From contig OZ024745.1 of the NCBI GenBank assembly GCA_964016885.1, positions 39,494,001 through 39,558,000 of the forward strand: DNA of 64,000 bases, written 5' to 3'. Below, one piece after another: positions 1 through 14,009 of the stretch (position 1 is the first letter of the stretch; each line of letters opens with the position of its first letter). The position numbers were made by a program, and so were the translations under genes. The notes under the pieces are model-generated. The model searched no databases. It was not told the origin of the DNA and saw only the letters and a program-made list of their open reading frames with translations. This DNA comes from Eledone cirrhosa. Lineage: Eukaryota.

Positions 1-188
1 ATAATTGTTTCTACGTTAGGCACAATGCCAGCAATTATCCAGTGCATTACTGGTACTTTATTTTATCGACTCCGTAAGGATGAAAGGCAAAGTCAACCTC
101 GGCGGGATTTGAACTCAGATCGTAAAGGGACGTAACTATGCTGGAAAGCATGGCGTCCGACCCTGTACCGATACTGCCAATCCACCGA
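1..188 (-). mobile_element. tRNA-derived SINE with Deu/Nin-like core
   Basis: Reverse strand has A-box-like TGGCAGTATCGG, B-box GAGTTCAAATCC, core GCCTTTCATCCTTACGGAGTCGATAAAATAAAGTACCAG and tail GTAGAAACAATTAT; more than 12 copies in the window. Confidence 0.85.
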
Positions 189-2109
189 ATAATAATAACA
201 AATATGTTATGAACATTCTCCCCTCTTTCCAAGATTTCTTTAGTTTTTTTTTTTGTTAACTCTGTCTGTTCATTACTAAGATGTCATAAGTAAGCACTTA
301 TAGTAGGCGATGAATAAGTCATACGTCAAAATGCATTGCGGTATATACACTTCTTTTGCAACCTGAGGTCAAAGTGCATTTGTTCCGGTTATTTATGGTT
401 TGACTGCGTGTCTCGCTGTACCCTACCTGGGTATTAAACCTGATCTGTTACCAGGTTGAACACCAAGACTTGGGAATTAATTTCTTCCTAACGTCGTAAA
501 ACTTTCGAATGTTCGAGAAAAGATCACGTGTAATGCCCATCCCTCCCGCACTATACAGGAATATAAATTAGGACTATCATTAGCAAAGTGTGTCACGTAA
601 ATCTAAAATGCCAGCAAGTATCTTCTCGGTAATATCTTATTCATGACACGTTGGCAGATATAGAACATATCTTATATTATATATATTTTAATGTATTTTG
701 TCTCTCGTTGCATTGAGTTCTATTTCTTATCGATTGATATTTTAATTAGCCTTAACGTAGATGTATTGATTGCCTGTAGGATGCTAGCGTGAAATCATTT
801 GACCAATATTTCCTGATATGTTCGGAAATCACAATACTAAAAGGATTATGGATCAAATAATTTAATCTTAACTATTTCTGACATTATTAGCAATATTTAT
901 TAGGTCCATATTTTTCCCGAAAGGAAAAAGAAAAGAAAAAATATATGAGAGAATATTTTATTGATAATTCAATACGTATACAGTATATATATTTTCCAAA
1001 ATTCTTCTATATTCTGAAATGTGTCAATTTCGAATTTATTTTGAACTTTTTAAAATATTTTAAAACAATTTTCCTCTTCCTAAATACATAAATTTCAGCT
1101 TCATGGTTACTAACGTTTTTGTGACATCACTATAGAAAATAAAAGATAAAAAGTTATGAAAATAAGAAAAGAAAAACAAAATACCGAAATGTTTAAATAT
1201 AAGGCAAACTGATAGATGATTGATTTCCTGTAGGTACAAAAATGTCAAATTTCACTTTTGTAATAAACAGATTTTAACGGAAAAGTGTTTTTATATGTGT
1301 GAGCCGATAACATGAATCTATGTTCTGGAGCGATGGTTCCGAATCATATTTTGTCGTATATACACATTTCCATATAACCTTTAATATACTAATTTCAATA
1401 ATGCCTTAAACGTAACAAAAATTACAAGGAGTATATATAAAAATAAATAATATACAAGGTTTCTTTATTAACTCAAGTAGCTTTCCGTGAAATACTGGTG
1501 ATTCCTCATAAGCGGTTAGGGTTACACTTTTATAAAAATAACACGAAATATACCATTTTAAACATTACTGGGAGATACAATCTGTTCTTTGAAATGAAAA
1601 GTTGACTCTACTAAAAATGAAAACCTAATAATGTGGCACCAAATTTCATACAAAAATCTGCTATATGATTAAAATAGAGGCTAGCAAATTCTAAAAGACA
1701 GTGACGAAATGGTAATTATAAATGCATTTGCCATTAAATATAATTGATAAAATAATTGTAAGTTTCGGTTAGCCATAATTCGTGCAAAATTCAACAACAC
1801 ACCAAAACATTATATCATCGTAGTTTCAGAATCGACCCCAAGACGTGCCATTTGAGAGAAAGCTTATCAAGCATAGGATATGACATGCGTTTGCATTTCG
1901 TTTGTGTCAGTGACGCCAATGGGGTACAATATGGCATACTGGCATAATCAGCTCTCCATTAAATGGAGTACAACCCAGATATTATTTCAGAAACGCAAGT
2001 AAACATAACATAAGTTTATATTTAGAATATCAACACTTTCCACATTGTTTATAGCGCGACATATATTGGAAGATATACCCTGCTACAATCTGGTAGCATT
2101 ATCTGTTCG

Positions 2110-2300
2110 AGGACGGTGGATCGGCAGTATCGGTAGAGGGTCGAATGCCATGCTTTCCAGCATAGTTACGTCCCTTTACGATCTGAGTTCAAATCCCGCC
2201 GAGGTTGACTTTGCCTTTCATCCTTACGGGGTCGATAAAATAAAGTACCAGAAATGCACTGGGTAATTGCTGGCCTTGTGCCTAAAGTAGAAACAATTAT
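2110..2300 (+). mobile_element. tRNA-derived SINE (same family)
   Basis: A/B boxes, core and GTAGAAACAATTAT tail. Confidence 0.85.
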
Positions 2301-3465
2301 CTGTTAGAAATAGCAACCCAATCGTCAAAGCGTTTACTTCCATTATAAATAAAGTTAGCAACCACTGGAATATCTTGCTACATTCACAGAAGAAGAGAAA
2401 GACGGTTGTTTTAAGGACTGGAATGCTTTTTGTTTTATTATTTTCCTTTGGGATTATACTTCGGCTTCATTACAAGAATGGTAAATATCATATTGGATTC
2501 TTAAGTGTATGCCTAGATAAGTGTATAGTAACTTAATTCCGGAATGAATAACTGTTTTCGTCTGTAGGCCAAAAATAATGTTAAAATTATATAGAATTTA
2601 ATGAAGTACTTGCGACTCGAATGTAGGATTAACCTGACATGTTGATTAGCAAGACTTCTAAATCAGATTATGTAAGTAGCTCTTTAGAATATTATTAGAG
2701 CTCATTTATCGAAAATGTAGAAACAGATTTAATATGTCGTCTCACCGTAATAGGATTTTAACTGATAATATTGTTCATAATATATCTGTCGGAACCTAAT
2801 ATGATGCAGCCCATGGAAAATAAAGCAGGAACGTATATATTGAATATAATAAGAGTTATCTTTTCATATAAATGATGCGCGAATACGAGCATTTTTAAAA
2901 ATCATCTTTGAGAAGTCAATTATTTTTACTAGACAATATATTATCTACAATCTTTCTCCCCCAAAACAGGCTTTATGCTCCCACACGATGATAGGTAGAT
3001 GATATGCTAAATATAGAAGGGAATAGTAACGTTCATTAACATTTAAGTAGAAAAGTATAAATAAAGGTAATAAGCCAGAAATATTATGTCGAATCAAGTA
3101 ATTGATGAATCTTACATATATATTTATTTACATTATTCTTAACTCCGAAACCGAGAATCATTCGGTTTCCTGAATCGAATATTAGTCTAATGACTCTATT
3201 TATACCATAAACATGGTTTTGCCTTTGGGTGTCATTGTTCTCAACGCTCCAAATAACGATGTATTATCATCGCTTTTTTTCGTTCAATGCAAGGGAACGT
3301 CTCCATGAACTAAAGTATCAGCTCCCTGTTTTCCTTAGGCTGCAACGTATTTCGAAATACTTAGCTCTGCGTTCACAGATTGATTTTTCTTTTAGTTTCA
3401 GAAGATCCATTAAGGGTGAAAGCAACGATCCTGTGCTTAAATGCTTAAACTTTAATCTATTATTT

Positions 3466-3531
<66 letters not shown>

Positions 3532-3725
3532 ATACGGAAAAGGATTAAGAAAGGGTTCTTATAATATGTATAAATAATTGATATTGACAGCGATTGCTTT
3601 CTCCGTTGTGGGTCTTCAAAACATTTGTTATTAAGGTAAAATAATGTTTCTTTAAAATGCCTGCATGCTGATTTTCGACAACACATGCAAACATATACAA
3701 CCCACATACACACACAGTTATGTAT

Positions 3726-6700
3726 CTATCTAAGGCGGGTAAAATTCCCGAGATCCATGGACGAGTTCTCTCCAGCGGTCTCTGTCCTTCATTATTGCTG
3801 CCATATCCTGCATCTCCAACAGACCAGTGTCTGTCCTTAGGGCATCAACATATGTTAACCTTTGGCTTCCTCTTCTAGTGTGTCCATGTAGGGGCTCCCA
3901 AAAAAGCACTGAGTGCAATGTCAACTCTGGATGTCGGTGAGCATGTCCAGCCAACCTCAGTCTCCCCTGTGTCACTTTTGAGCTGACTTTTGGGGTGCTC
4001 CCATACTACAGCACTGAGTTTTTCATCCTCAGTGTATACTTATTAATGTTCAGAGCCATCCTCAGCATTCTCGTGTAGCACCCATCCACCATCTGAGTGA
4101 GTTTCTTGGTCAGTGTCCAAGTCTCAGACCCATACATCAGCACAGACTCCACTACAGCAATGAAGAGGCAGATTTCCAGGTCTCTACGAAGGTCCGACTT
4201 CCACACCGATCTCAAGCTGTAGCACGCCGCCCAGGCCTTGCTCTTCCTCTCAACCACATCATCTTCCGTATTCCCAATCTTTGCTCCCAAATACAGGAAG
4301 TCCTCAACCAATTCCAGCGGTTTCCCGCCTACATTAGTGATCCCCTCTGGCTTCTAAACATTCTCTACCATATATTTTGTTTTAGTCTCATTCATTCTCA
4401 GCCCCACACTTATCGACACAGTCTCAACCTCCCGCATCAAATCCTCTGCCTCCTTCACTGTATTTGTCACCAAAACTATGTCGTCGGCAAATTCAGCATC
4501 CGATACCTTTTTCGCCCTAACTCTCCTGCTCTGAGCCGGTGCTACAGTAAAGCCAGAGTCCTGGTGTTTCTCCAATTCAAGGCGCATACAATAGTCCACT
4601 ACGATGATAAAAAGGTAGGGAGCCAATGTATCTCTCTGGAGCACTCCAGCCAGTATCTCAAAGAACTCTGTCATCCCATCAGGTGTAATGACTTGGGCTT
4701 TGGTGTTGGTGTAGAGCAGATATATCAGGTCCACTATCTTCTTGGGGATTCCATAAGCCTGTAAGATCTTCATCAGGCAGTAACGGTCCACAGAATCAAA
4801 GGCCTTCCTAAAGTCAATGAAAACCATGACCGCAGGAAGGCACTTTGCTCTAGCTCCCTCTAATATCCTCCTCAGCATCAGGATGTGACTGGTGGTTGAT
4901 CTACCCTCTCTGAAGCCGTTCTGGTTGTCTCTGAGCTTCTTCTCCATCTCAGGCTGGGTCCTGTTAAGAATCATCCTGTTGAGGGTCTTTGCCACAAGTG
5001 ACGTCAGTGAGATCCCCCGGTAGTCGTTGGTGTTAGAGAGATCTCCCTTCTTTGGCACTGGGACGATGTTACTGATCCTCCACTGATTCGGGGCAACTCC
5101 TTTTTGCAGTGCCCCGTTACAGAACCCCAGGATGATATCATCAAAATCACACCTCTTCATCACCTCTGATGCCACTCCATCGCCTCCATGAGCCTTGCCC
5201 TCCTTGATCTTCTTCTTGGCTCCCTAAAGCTCCTCTCTGGTGAAGGGCACGGTCTCAATATCCAGTGCCTCAAACAGCCGCCTGATCTCCCCAGTGCTCT
5301 GGGCTGTGGAGGGTGGCTCTCCTAGTAGGGTCCTAAAATGGTCTAGCCATTTCCTCTTCCAATCCTGGGGCCCCGTTCCCTGGATCTGATTCGAACACCT
5401 TCTCTTCCTCCCTGTGATCTCGTTGATGATAATCCAGCTCTCCTTACATCCAGATCTGTCAACCGCTCTCTCCACACTTCTGATCTTCTCTATCAGTGCC
5501 TCCTCTCTGACCTCAGTGTAAGCAGTACAGAGCTCTTCCCTCATCACCTCCACAGTCTCCATCCTCTCCTCCGTAGGATCAGCATAGAATTGGTCCCTGG
5601 CAGCTTTCAGGTGTTCTCTGGCTGCACACACTTTTGGGTTTGCAGAGCTGACGTGCTTCCCTTTGTTCTTTTTCCTCGGCACCAGGGTTTGACTTGCTTC
5701 CGCCACTGCATTGGTGAAGTGCCCGTACCTCCTCGTCACACTCTCCTCAGTCCATCCAATCTCTCTCTCCTCTGACTCTCCACACAGAGCACTAACCTGT
5801 TTCTCACTTCCACTGTGAACCTCTCCTGTAGCTTATCATCTTCCTTGAAAGCTCCCCAGTCATAGATTGTTCCCCGGGGCTGAGCCTTGCTCTTTCTTAA
5901 GCTATCGCGGACCTCACTCATAACAAGCCGGTGGTCACTACCCAGTGTACTGAAATAGCTGTATGGTTCCGTGTTCAGAACACTATTATGCCACTTTTTC
6001 CTCACCAGAATGTAATCAATCTGGGACTTGGACAGGTGCATATCTGAGATGTAGGTCCACATCTTCCCCAGATTCTTCCTAAACCTTAGGTTGGTCGCCA
6101 CCAAGTTCGCCTCCAGCAAGGTGTCTCTCAGTAGTCTTCCATTTCGGTTGGTGTTGTTATGGAAGTACCAGCAATGATCTTCACTGCCCTCCTTACTCAG
6201 ATGTGCATTGAAGTCCCCCAAAACAAGCAGGATATTGTGTGCCTGAGTGGTGTTGACAGCTCTACACACCTCCTCATGGAACTCATCCGCATTCACATCA
6301 CTGTCCCCCTCGGTTGGACTATAGGCTGAGATGACTGTCAGTCTTGGGTTTCCATTGAAGGTCACCCTCAACACTCGCGGGGAGATAGGCATTATTTCCC
6401 TCACCAACAGATTGGTTTTTGCACTGAACACAAAACCCACTCCTCCTACTGCATCATTTGTTGTGTTCTTCACTGCCGATGTAGTGATGAGCTGGCTCTT
6501 CCTCCCAATCATCACACTCCTCACGGGCTCATCGTGTAGAATCCTGTGTTCTTGGATCGCAAGTATCTGTATACCACTCTCCTCGAACAGATGTCCCAAC
6601 TCCTCTCTCTCTTCTCCAGCGTCCGAATAGTTCTCACATTCAAAGTGCCCATTTTGATGGCTCTTCTGCAGGACAAAACTGCATTCTTTATATTTGTCTC

Positions 6701-7048
6701 AGAGACAGCTGATCCATCATTCACTGGCCCTCTCTGTGGCTCTAAGCCAGCAGAGTCATAACGACCAGGCTGCTCCTTGACAGTGTAATTAGCGGCTCTA
6801 ACCCTAGTGCTGTTAGATTGACTCTCCATATTTCTTTTCAATGGCTGACAATAGCTTACCGGCGCCATTCGAATAAAGTAGTTATTTAACCCATAAATGG
6901 AGCCCTAACAGGTACTACCACCCCGGGCCAGGGCAGACCTGGGAGTCATGACAACTAAGGGGTACCTCCATATTCCCCACATCTCCTGAACTCCCGAACT
7001 GGAGCCTTGCCACTGGATGTAGTTTAACGTCATACCCAGGACAGATAT
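3726..7048 (-). mobile_element. Full-length decayed RTE-clade non-LTR retrotransposon
   Basis: APE (MGTLNVRT, IQEHR, LGDFNAH, QIDYILV, SDH) and RT (YRGISL, FIDFRKAFDSV, GVLQRDTLAP, EFADDIVL, FLYLG) fragments, single-ORF layout, (TAGA)n tail, 9-bp TSD GTTATGTAT at 3717-3725 and 7049-7057. Confidence 0.93.
3730..6868 (-). pseudogene. RTE APE-RT ORF broken by frameshifts and stops
   Basis: Collinear ORF pieces 6521-6868, 5736-6599, 5224-5739, 4354-5175, 4006-4311, 3730-3975. Confidence 0.9.
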
Positions 7049-7050
7049 GT

Positions 7051-7103
<53 letters not shown>

Positions 7104-7109
7104 TTATAT

Positions 7110-7770
7110 TGAAAAGTTCCAAGATGAGGCAGCGTAGTATACGGGAGGAGGTGCTAGGTGTAGATGAAGAGGGATTGGACATTAATTTTTACACCTGGCT
7201 AGAGCAAGCCCCCTGTCTGTCATCTCTGTTTGGTGGGGATCTGTGGAGCATGTACTCAGTAGCTGATCAAAAGCTCGTTGAGAGGGCAGTTCAGGTTGGC
7301 AGCATGAACATGTTATTAGGTCAGCTGCTGAAATTCTAGCCATTTTCATCACCATGATGAAAATTGCTAGCCATGGAAGGACATACTCTCCAAAACACAG
7401 AGAAATGTCCTGTCTTGAGTGGCAGTTGCAAGCTGTAATGTTCAATACATTAAAATCGACAAAGCAACTAACAATGCTAAAGCTTCGAGTGTACTAGAAA
7501 ATGCATATTTATGAGTCCAACGAGGGGAAGGAAAAAATGGAACAGGTAATAGTAGAGAAGTTTCAGAATTGAGTTTTGAGGAGTAGTGAAGAAAAAGGCC
7601 ATTCCATCAGTGAGTGAAGCTGCAAAGATGTCCAGCATGTGGCTTCGGATAATAACTGCTATTCCGGTGTTGTTTACTTTAATGGCGACAATCCAAGTCC
7701 TATAGGAAAGTGTTTATGAAGAAGGAACTCCCTAAATTCATATGACCCCATATCACCTTTAACACAAATA
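7110..7770 (-). mobile_element. Possible highly degraded LINE endonuclease fragment
   Basis: GC-richer island; minus-strand translation gives a VDFNV (GDFN-like) patch; no intact ORF. Confidence 0.3.
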
Positions 7771-8462
7771 CACACTCTCTAGATATATATATATATAACA
7801 AAGAAAGTGTGGAAAGTGTGGAAAGATCTAGTTGTCGAAACGGCCGGAGCGCAGCCGTCGGGGTCTTGACTCTTGTCATATATATTGTTGCATAGCCAAG
7901 ATGAAAATATATGATAGTAATGGCTATTATCCACGTATGTTATTTTTTCAGATTTCATGAAATCGTGGTGGGACGGCGAAGTGTTTCTACTGATAGCGTT
8001 TATTGTACTATTTATAAAATTGCTAATGATGAAAGATTGACTGCGACTGTTGTTTAATACCAAAATCCTCGAATATCGAATACACGCTAAGATTATAATG
8101 TATAATGTATATAGGCAGATCGATATTTTAATAATGGATTCGTACCAGCTTTCTCTCCACTTTTATGTATTCCTTGTTTTTAATTTTGTCATCCTAGCAG
8201 AAATATATCGTAGCAAAAGAATATGTCTTAAATTTCCCATCTAAGCTTTTCTTAAATTATTTTCTATGTGCTCTGTAATTCTGCAGCCATACTAGTGATT
8301 TATTTACTCTACGTTACACCAATAACACTACGGATTATTCCTTTGATGAATTGATTCGACCTACTTTTTTTATCGTGGATATACATTCAGCTTGTCTCTG
8401 TGTTGGCATATCTTGATCTACCTTAAAAATCTACCTTGTGATATATATAATATACACACTAA

Positions 8463-8554
<92 letters not shown>

Positions 8555-8862
8555 TATAATTGTGTATGGTTGACGATATATTTAATCGATTTCCACGTGC
8601 TATTGAAGTGGTGGGTAAATATTCTATAGCTGTCGATCGCGAATAGATGGCTGTCGTTTATTTATCTAATATTTCTTCATAGGTGCCTTTTAATATTATA
8701 GCCTGGTTTAATTGTTTTTTTTGTGTGGTTGATTATGCTAATTGGGAGAGGAGATGGTGTATATATCTTATCAGATGTTTCTATGGGCATACTTTATTGT
8801 ATATTGCTCTGATTATTTAATTAATTAATTCGTCATTGGGCCACATCGTGAATTGTTGCCAA

Positions 8863-8910
<48 letters not shown>

Positions 8911-9500
8911 CTTTGTCTAGTTTGTGTATATGTAAACCTTTATATTTGTTAATCCCCCATAAAGTTGAGATGCAATTTAGGCAATATTGGGCTGCGCTTT
9001 CTAGCAACCAGCCCACTCACCGTAAGGCACCAATCACATTCTTTCTGACTTGACCACTGCCACGTCACAGTTCTTAGCCATTTTGAATTTGTTTCTGGCG
9101 GGGATCATTTAAGAAAAATCTTCGCCCAAGTGAATTTGTTTCCTGATGATTTTGAAGCTCGTGAATTTATCCTTGATCGGATATTTCCAAAAGCGAATCG
9201 AACCCCATGAATTTGAAACGTAATCTTTGTATGTTTATATACATTTTTTCTTCTAACTTTAATTTTATACCTAATTATGTATGGTTGACGATATATTTAA
9301 TCGAATTCCACGTGCTATTGAAATGGTGCGTAAATATTCTATAGCTGTTTATCGCGAATAGATGGCTGTCGTTTATGTATCTATTATTTCTTCATAGGTG
9401 CCTGGTTTAATTGATTTTTTGTGTGGTTGATTATGCTGATTGGGTGAGGAGATGGTGTATATATCTCATCAAATGATTCTATGGACATCCTTTATTGTAT
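8555..9500. repeat. Diverged ~230-bp direct repeat pair bounded by (TA)n
   Basis: GTATGGTTGACGATATATTTAATCG...CTTTATTGTATAT at ~8555-8805 and ~9272-9500. Confidence 0.75.
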
Positions 9501-11486
9501 ATATATATATATATATAAATAAATAAATATATATTTATATATATATATATATATTTGCAGACGCATCTGCACTTATCCTTGGGATAAGATTGCTATTGCA
9601 CTTTCAAATTCTCATTATAATTAATTTGAAGTTATACGACCGGTTTTCTTAAAAAGCACGGATGTAGCACAATATTAATGGAATAATCGCTCTAGTAGAG
9701 TCAATATGCCTCATGAAATGTATGTTGCATTATATCTGATAAATATGGCAAAGTTCATATTACTACTTACTCATTGATGAGAAATATTAATAAAATCTCC
9801 AAACCGAAATTATTTAAAGTCAATTTTAAAGAGAAAATATTCAAAATAAATCATTCAAATGTTTTTTTTTCTTTCTTTAGTAATCGTATATACGTTTTAT
9901 TGAATATATTTAAAGTTCACCTTTACGAAATATTTTATTAAATTCTAATTCCTGGTCTATGTAATTAAATTTGCTCTCATCTTTAGAGAAAATATTTTTT
10001 GCAAGCAATACATAAGCAATACATTTCTTGGGAATAAAACATTTTTGTTTGTTCTTCGCCACAGGAAAATATCTTAAGTCTTTATAGAAAACATAATTCG
10101 ATACAATTTGATATCATGTCAGTTAATTATATATTCATGGTTGTAGAAAACTGCAGCATTATTAGAGGGTCGGCACAAATAAATCGGAAAGTTTCGTTAT
10201 ATTATTGTACACGTGTTAGTTCCGTATCTTCCAAATCAATAAAATAAATATTACGCAGAAACATGGGATAATGTAAGTTGTGGTAGTCGTTCAGCATTTC
10301 TAATTTCAATTGTTGCCGCGGCCATCTATAAGAAAACAGCCCCAAATCCAGTACGAAGTTTTATTTGCTTTGTTTTTAATCCTCACGCCCTTTACCTATC
10401 AGGCTCCACCTTGTTTAAATGTTGGAGACATGCCATATATTAGGACGCACCCCATAACTGTTTGGATCATAGATTTTATATTATTTCTCGGCTTACACCT
10501 TATTTTCGATGACAGTATGTTTCATGGTCATTAGCTGGAATGGCCCAAAGTGGGCAAGTTATATTTTTCTCTATATGTGTACATATACTAAGTATATTTG
10601 ATGTTCGTATTTACGTATACATGATTGAAATTAATCAGTGTGTTCTTTCTGTAAAACCTGAATGTTAAGACAATCCTCATGATACTGTTTATGGGACGAA
10701 GCTAACTTATGAATAGCTCTCACTGAGAAAAAATTCAAATGTTGAGTAATATAGGGCCCTGTCACGGTGCCCGATTTGATGATGGTGATATTATAGATTA
10801 ACCTTAGAGGTTTTCAATTAAATGCGACAAGTGTATACTTTCACTTACATGTATAGATGTGCATAGATTATGTAAATATTTCCATCAAACAGTTTTCCAG
10901 TAAGCCTAAATATATTCTCGGAATAATATCTAGTGATACAAATGTATTTCCATACAGTACATACTTTCAAGTATTGTTCTTCAAGCCAAAGTTTAATGGT
11001 GTTTTAGAAGATGAAAGGTGGTTCTGAGGGGCTCAATATTCTAAAACGTGTTTTCTTTTGTTGTAAAATATGAAATAGGGATATATGACATTATATGAAT
11101 TATGTTTATGGTACTTAAGATTGAGTGCTAAGAAGCTATATTTCATGAAGCATCAACTTTAATATTGGATTAAATCATTTATGATCCGTCTTACTACCAG
11201 TGCTTTGTTTTGGAGGGTATTGGGAGATATTCCATTAGGGCATTCCTATGTTGTGCTTCGTTGAAAGAAATCTTCCCCAGAAATGGAATAGGTAAAGCTA
11301 GCTGCAACATCATACACACGCAGGCATGTAGCCCCCCCCCCTAAACAAAAAAAATCATACACAAAACGCCAGCACCAACAGTTTTGCAAGAGATATCAAC
11401 ATGAATGGACATGTTATTTTTATCTAAAGACATTTTTTCCAATTCCATCCCGCCCGTCCCCTCAATCTGTTTTATTTCTTATTCTT

Positions 11487-11523
11487 TCTTCTGATGAAGG
11501 ACTAGCGTCCGAAACGCTAAGAC
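11487..11523 (+). ncRNA. Minimal type I hammerhead ribozyme relic (probably inactive)
   Basis: UCUU-CUGAUGA-A-GGAC(UAGC)GUCC-GAAA-CGCU-AAGA; the U16.1 position reads C. Confidence 0.6.
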
Positions 11524-11613
11524 CCTCTTCTTGCTATATCAAGCGTTAACCTAATATATACCTTCCATATGCTGCACCGATTGTGTTGTTATTTCTATTT
11601 ACCTTTTACATAC

Positions 11614-11644
<31 letters not shown>

Positions 11645-13049
11645 TGGAGGACCGGAGTAGAATTATGAATTTAAAGTTGCAAAAAATATGATTCACTGGT
11701 CTGGATATGTAAGGCCCTGTCTTTAGTATGTTCAGATTAAATAATTAGTTAACCCTTAAAAGGAATTACAGGAAACGCAAACTGAAAATAATGAATATAT
11801 TTGGTTTGGAGATAACCCGTGAATTCGTTGTTATTGTTTAGCAGATCAACTGCAGTCCGGCGTTCCGTAAAAGTTTTTAACTTAGTTGATGCACCACCCA
11901 CGGGAGTCAACATGCTGCCACTTATTATATGATATATTTATATAACGATTCCTACTTAATAGAATATATTACGATACAATTATTCATTGTTATTTTCTAA
12001 ATTTGGTTAAATATAGGTAAAAACAAATAACAATTTATAATTTTTCCTCAACTCTTGTTTGTATTTTTATTCATATATTATGCTCTTTGGTTGGTCATTT
12101 CCAAACGTTCTAGATTATACCGTATAGGGTGCAGATTGATGGGATCTTTCTGAATATTTGCTGATATCGTACATAAAGTTTCAGATTTAAATCTTCTTGT
12201 CATTTCATTACTGTATACATTTCTGAAATGTTTATAAATCTATATATACTTGTATATATGTCTGCTTATATATATGTGTCTGTGTGTTAGAAAGAGAGAG
12301 AGAGAGATAGAGGGGGAGAGAGAGGGGGAGATAAATGGGGAGAGAGAAAACGTCAAAGCAAACCACGTGGTACTATGAAGATATCTATTAATTTTTCAAG
12401 CTTGATATAGTAGGAAACGTAACTTACTTTCAGACGGTAGAATTTATTGAGACGATAGAATAAAATATAAGATTAAATTCAAATGTCGACGAGAGTGAGA
12501 TTCGGAAAAAAAACGGAAAAAACATTTCTGGAGAGAATGCGATCGGTCATCTCCAGGAAAGTTCAGTGAAAATCGCTCCTGATTCTGGAATCGATAGCTC
12601 GTAAGTGTTGGGAATAATGAAATGTATGGGAAAATGTTGACTATAATATCATAAAAAATATCTATGCCTGTAAATGAATAAATGAGAAACAATAAACGAT
12701 AATAATTATTAATAATATCTTTATTAATAATATCTTAATACGAGGAGTAGTATGCTATCAATATTATTATCATTATAATTTCAAACGTCCTTTGCATTCT
12801 GCTTCTTTCCTAAACCATGCTGTGCGTCGAACTGACACCTGAGATAAAAATTGGATAAAACCTACATTTTACAATCAATTAACATAGAGATGATACCATA
12901 GAGATGATACCATATTAGTAAATATCTTTGCAAGGTTTTTAAATACATAATGCCCTTCTCAGGGCATAAGCAATGTCAGTCAGCACTATTTTCCCTATCT
13001 CTTGCAGAGATGACTTTCCATGTATCTGGTACAAATGTTTTCAGTTCCC

Positions 13050-13285
13050 TTTTATATTGTATTGGCAGTATTGGTATAGAGTCAAGCACCATGCTTTTCA
13101 CTATAGAGCTGTAGCCCTTTACGTTCGGTGTTCAGAGCCCACCGAGGATAGTTTTGCCTCTCAACCTTACAGGGTCGAGAGAATAAAGTACCAGTAACGC
13201 ACTGGTTCGATATGATAGAATTCCCCTCCCCCAAAATTGCTGGCCTTGTGCCTTTACTAGAAATCATCATCATTATTATTATTAT
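13050..13285 (+). mobile_element. SINE, longer diverged variant
   Basis: TGGCAGTATTGG head, degenerate core, extra CCCCTCCCCCAAAATTGCTGGCC segment, tail. Confidence 0.75.
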
Positions 13286-13289
13286 TAAA

Positions 13290-13497
13290 GGGCGGTGGAT
13301 TGGCAGTATCGGTAGATGGTTGAACGCCATGCTTTGACGCATAGAGTTACGGCTCTTGCCATTCTGAGTTCAAATCCCGCCGAGGTTAACATTGCCTTTC
13401 ATCCTTATGGGGTCGATAAAATAAATTACCAGTAATCCACTGGTTAATTGCTGGCCGTGTGCCCAAAGTAGAAACAATTACTATTATTATTATTATT
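13290..13497 (+). mobile_element. SINE
   Basis: Complete head, core and tail ending in (ATT)n. Confidence 0.85.
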
Positions 13498-13603
13498 CCA
13501 TTTGTACCGTCCTGTATTGTCCTGATCTGTCATTAATGTCTAATTTGTGTAAACCCTTGTGGTTAATAAAGAAAGCATTATTATTATTATTATTATTATT
13601 ATT
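13498..13603 (+). mobile_element. 3' terminal fragment of Tx1-clade LINE
   Basis: CCATTTGTACCGTCCTGTATTGTCC...GGTTAATAAAGAAA-(ATT)n matches the 3' ends at ~23367-23465 and ~29398-29507. Confidence 0.85.
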
Positions 13604-13956
13604 GTTCTTTGAGTGTCAGTCATTGATGTTAGTTAACTTGAAAGTTTGTTGAAATGAATATCAAACCATTACCAGCAGCCTCAGATATTCAGGACGTATC
13701 GGAGGGTTCTTGCAGTTCCCAGCAAGCATGCCTTTTGAAGCGTTCCTAAAAGCGTGGCGGGGCCAATTTTCTTTAACCATCCCTGGAAATTTTTTAGATA
13801 GTACCTAGTACGCCTATGACAATCGGGAACAATTTGACTGCATGGTAGTTCCAGATCCTTTTTACCTCCCACTTTAAGTCCTGGTATCGGTTAATTTTCT
13901 CCCTCTTCTTCTCTTGTACACTCGTGTCAAATGGGCAGGCCACATCCACAATCATG
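13604..13956 (-). mobile_element. 5'-truncated R4/Dong LINE 3' fragment
   Basis: Encodes IVDVACPFDT...GTARTLRYVLNI, homologous to 17300-17645 in opposite orientation. Confidence 0.9.
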
Positions 13957-13969
13957 CTTATTATTATTA

Positions 13970-14009
<40 letters not shown>

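Noticed and set aside
47-232. Recurrent short ORF ...AEVDFAFHPYGVDKIKYQ (also 2045, 33777)
   Set aside because: Incidental reading frame of the SINE.
2110-2200. tRNA gene
   Set aside because: A/B boxes are present but no cloverleaf is evident; it is the SINE head.
9137-9225. Hammerhead at CTGATGA 9143
   Set aside because: No consistent stem I/III with either downstream GAA(A).
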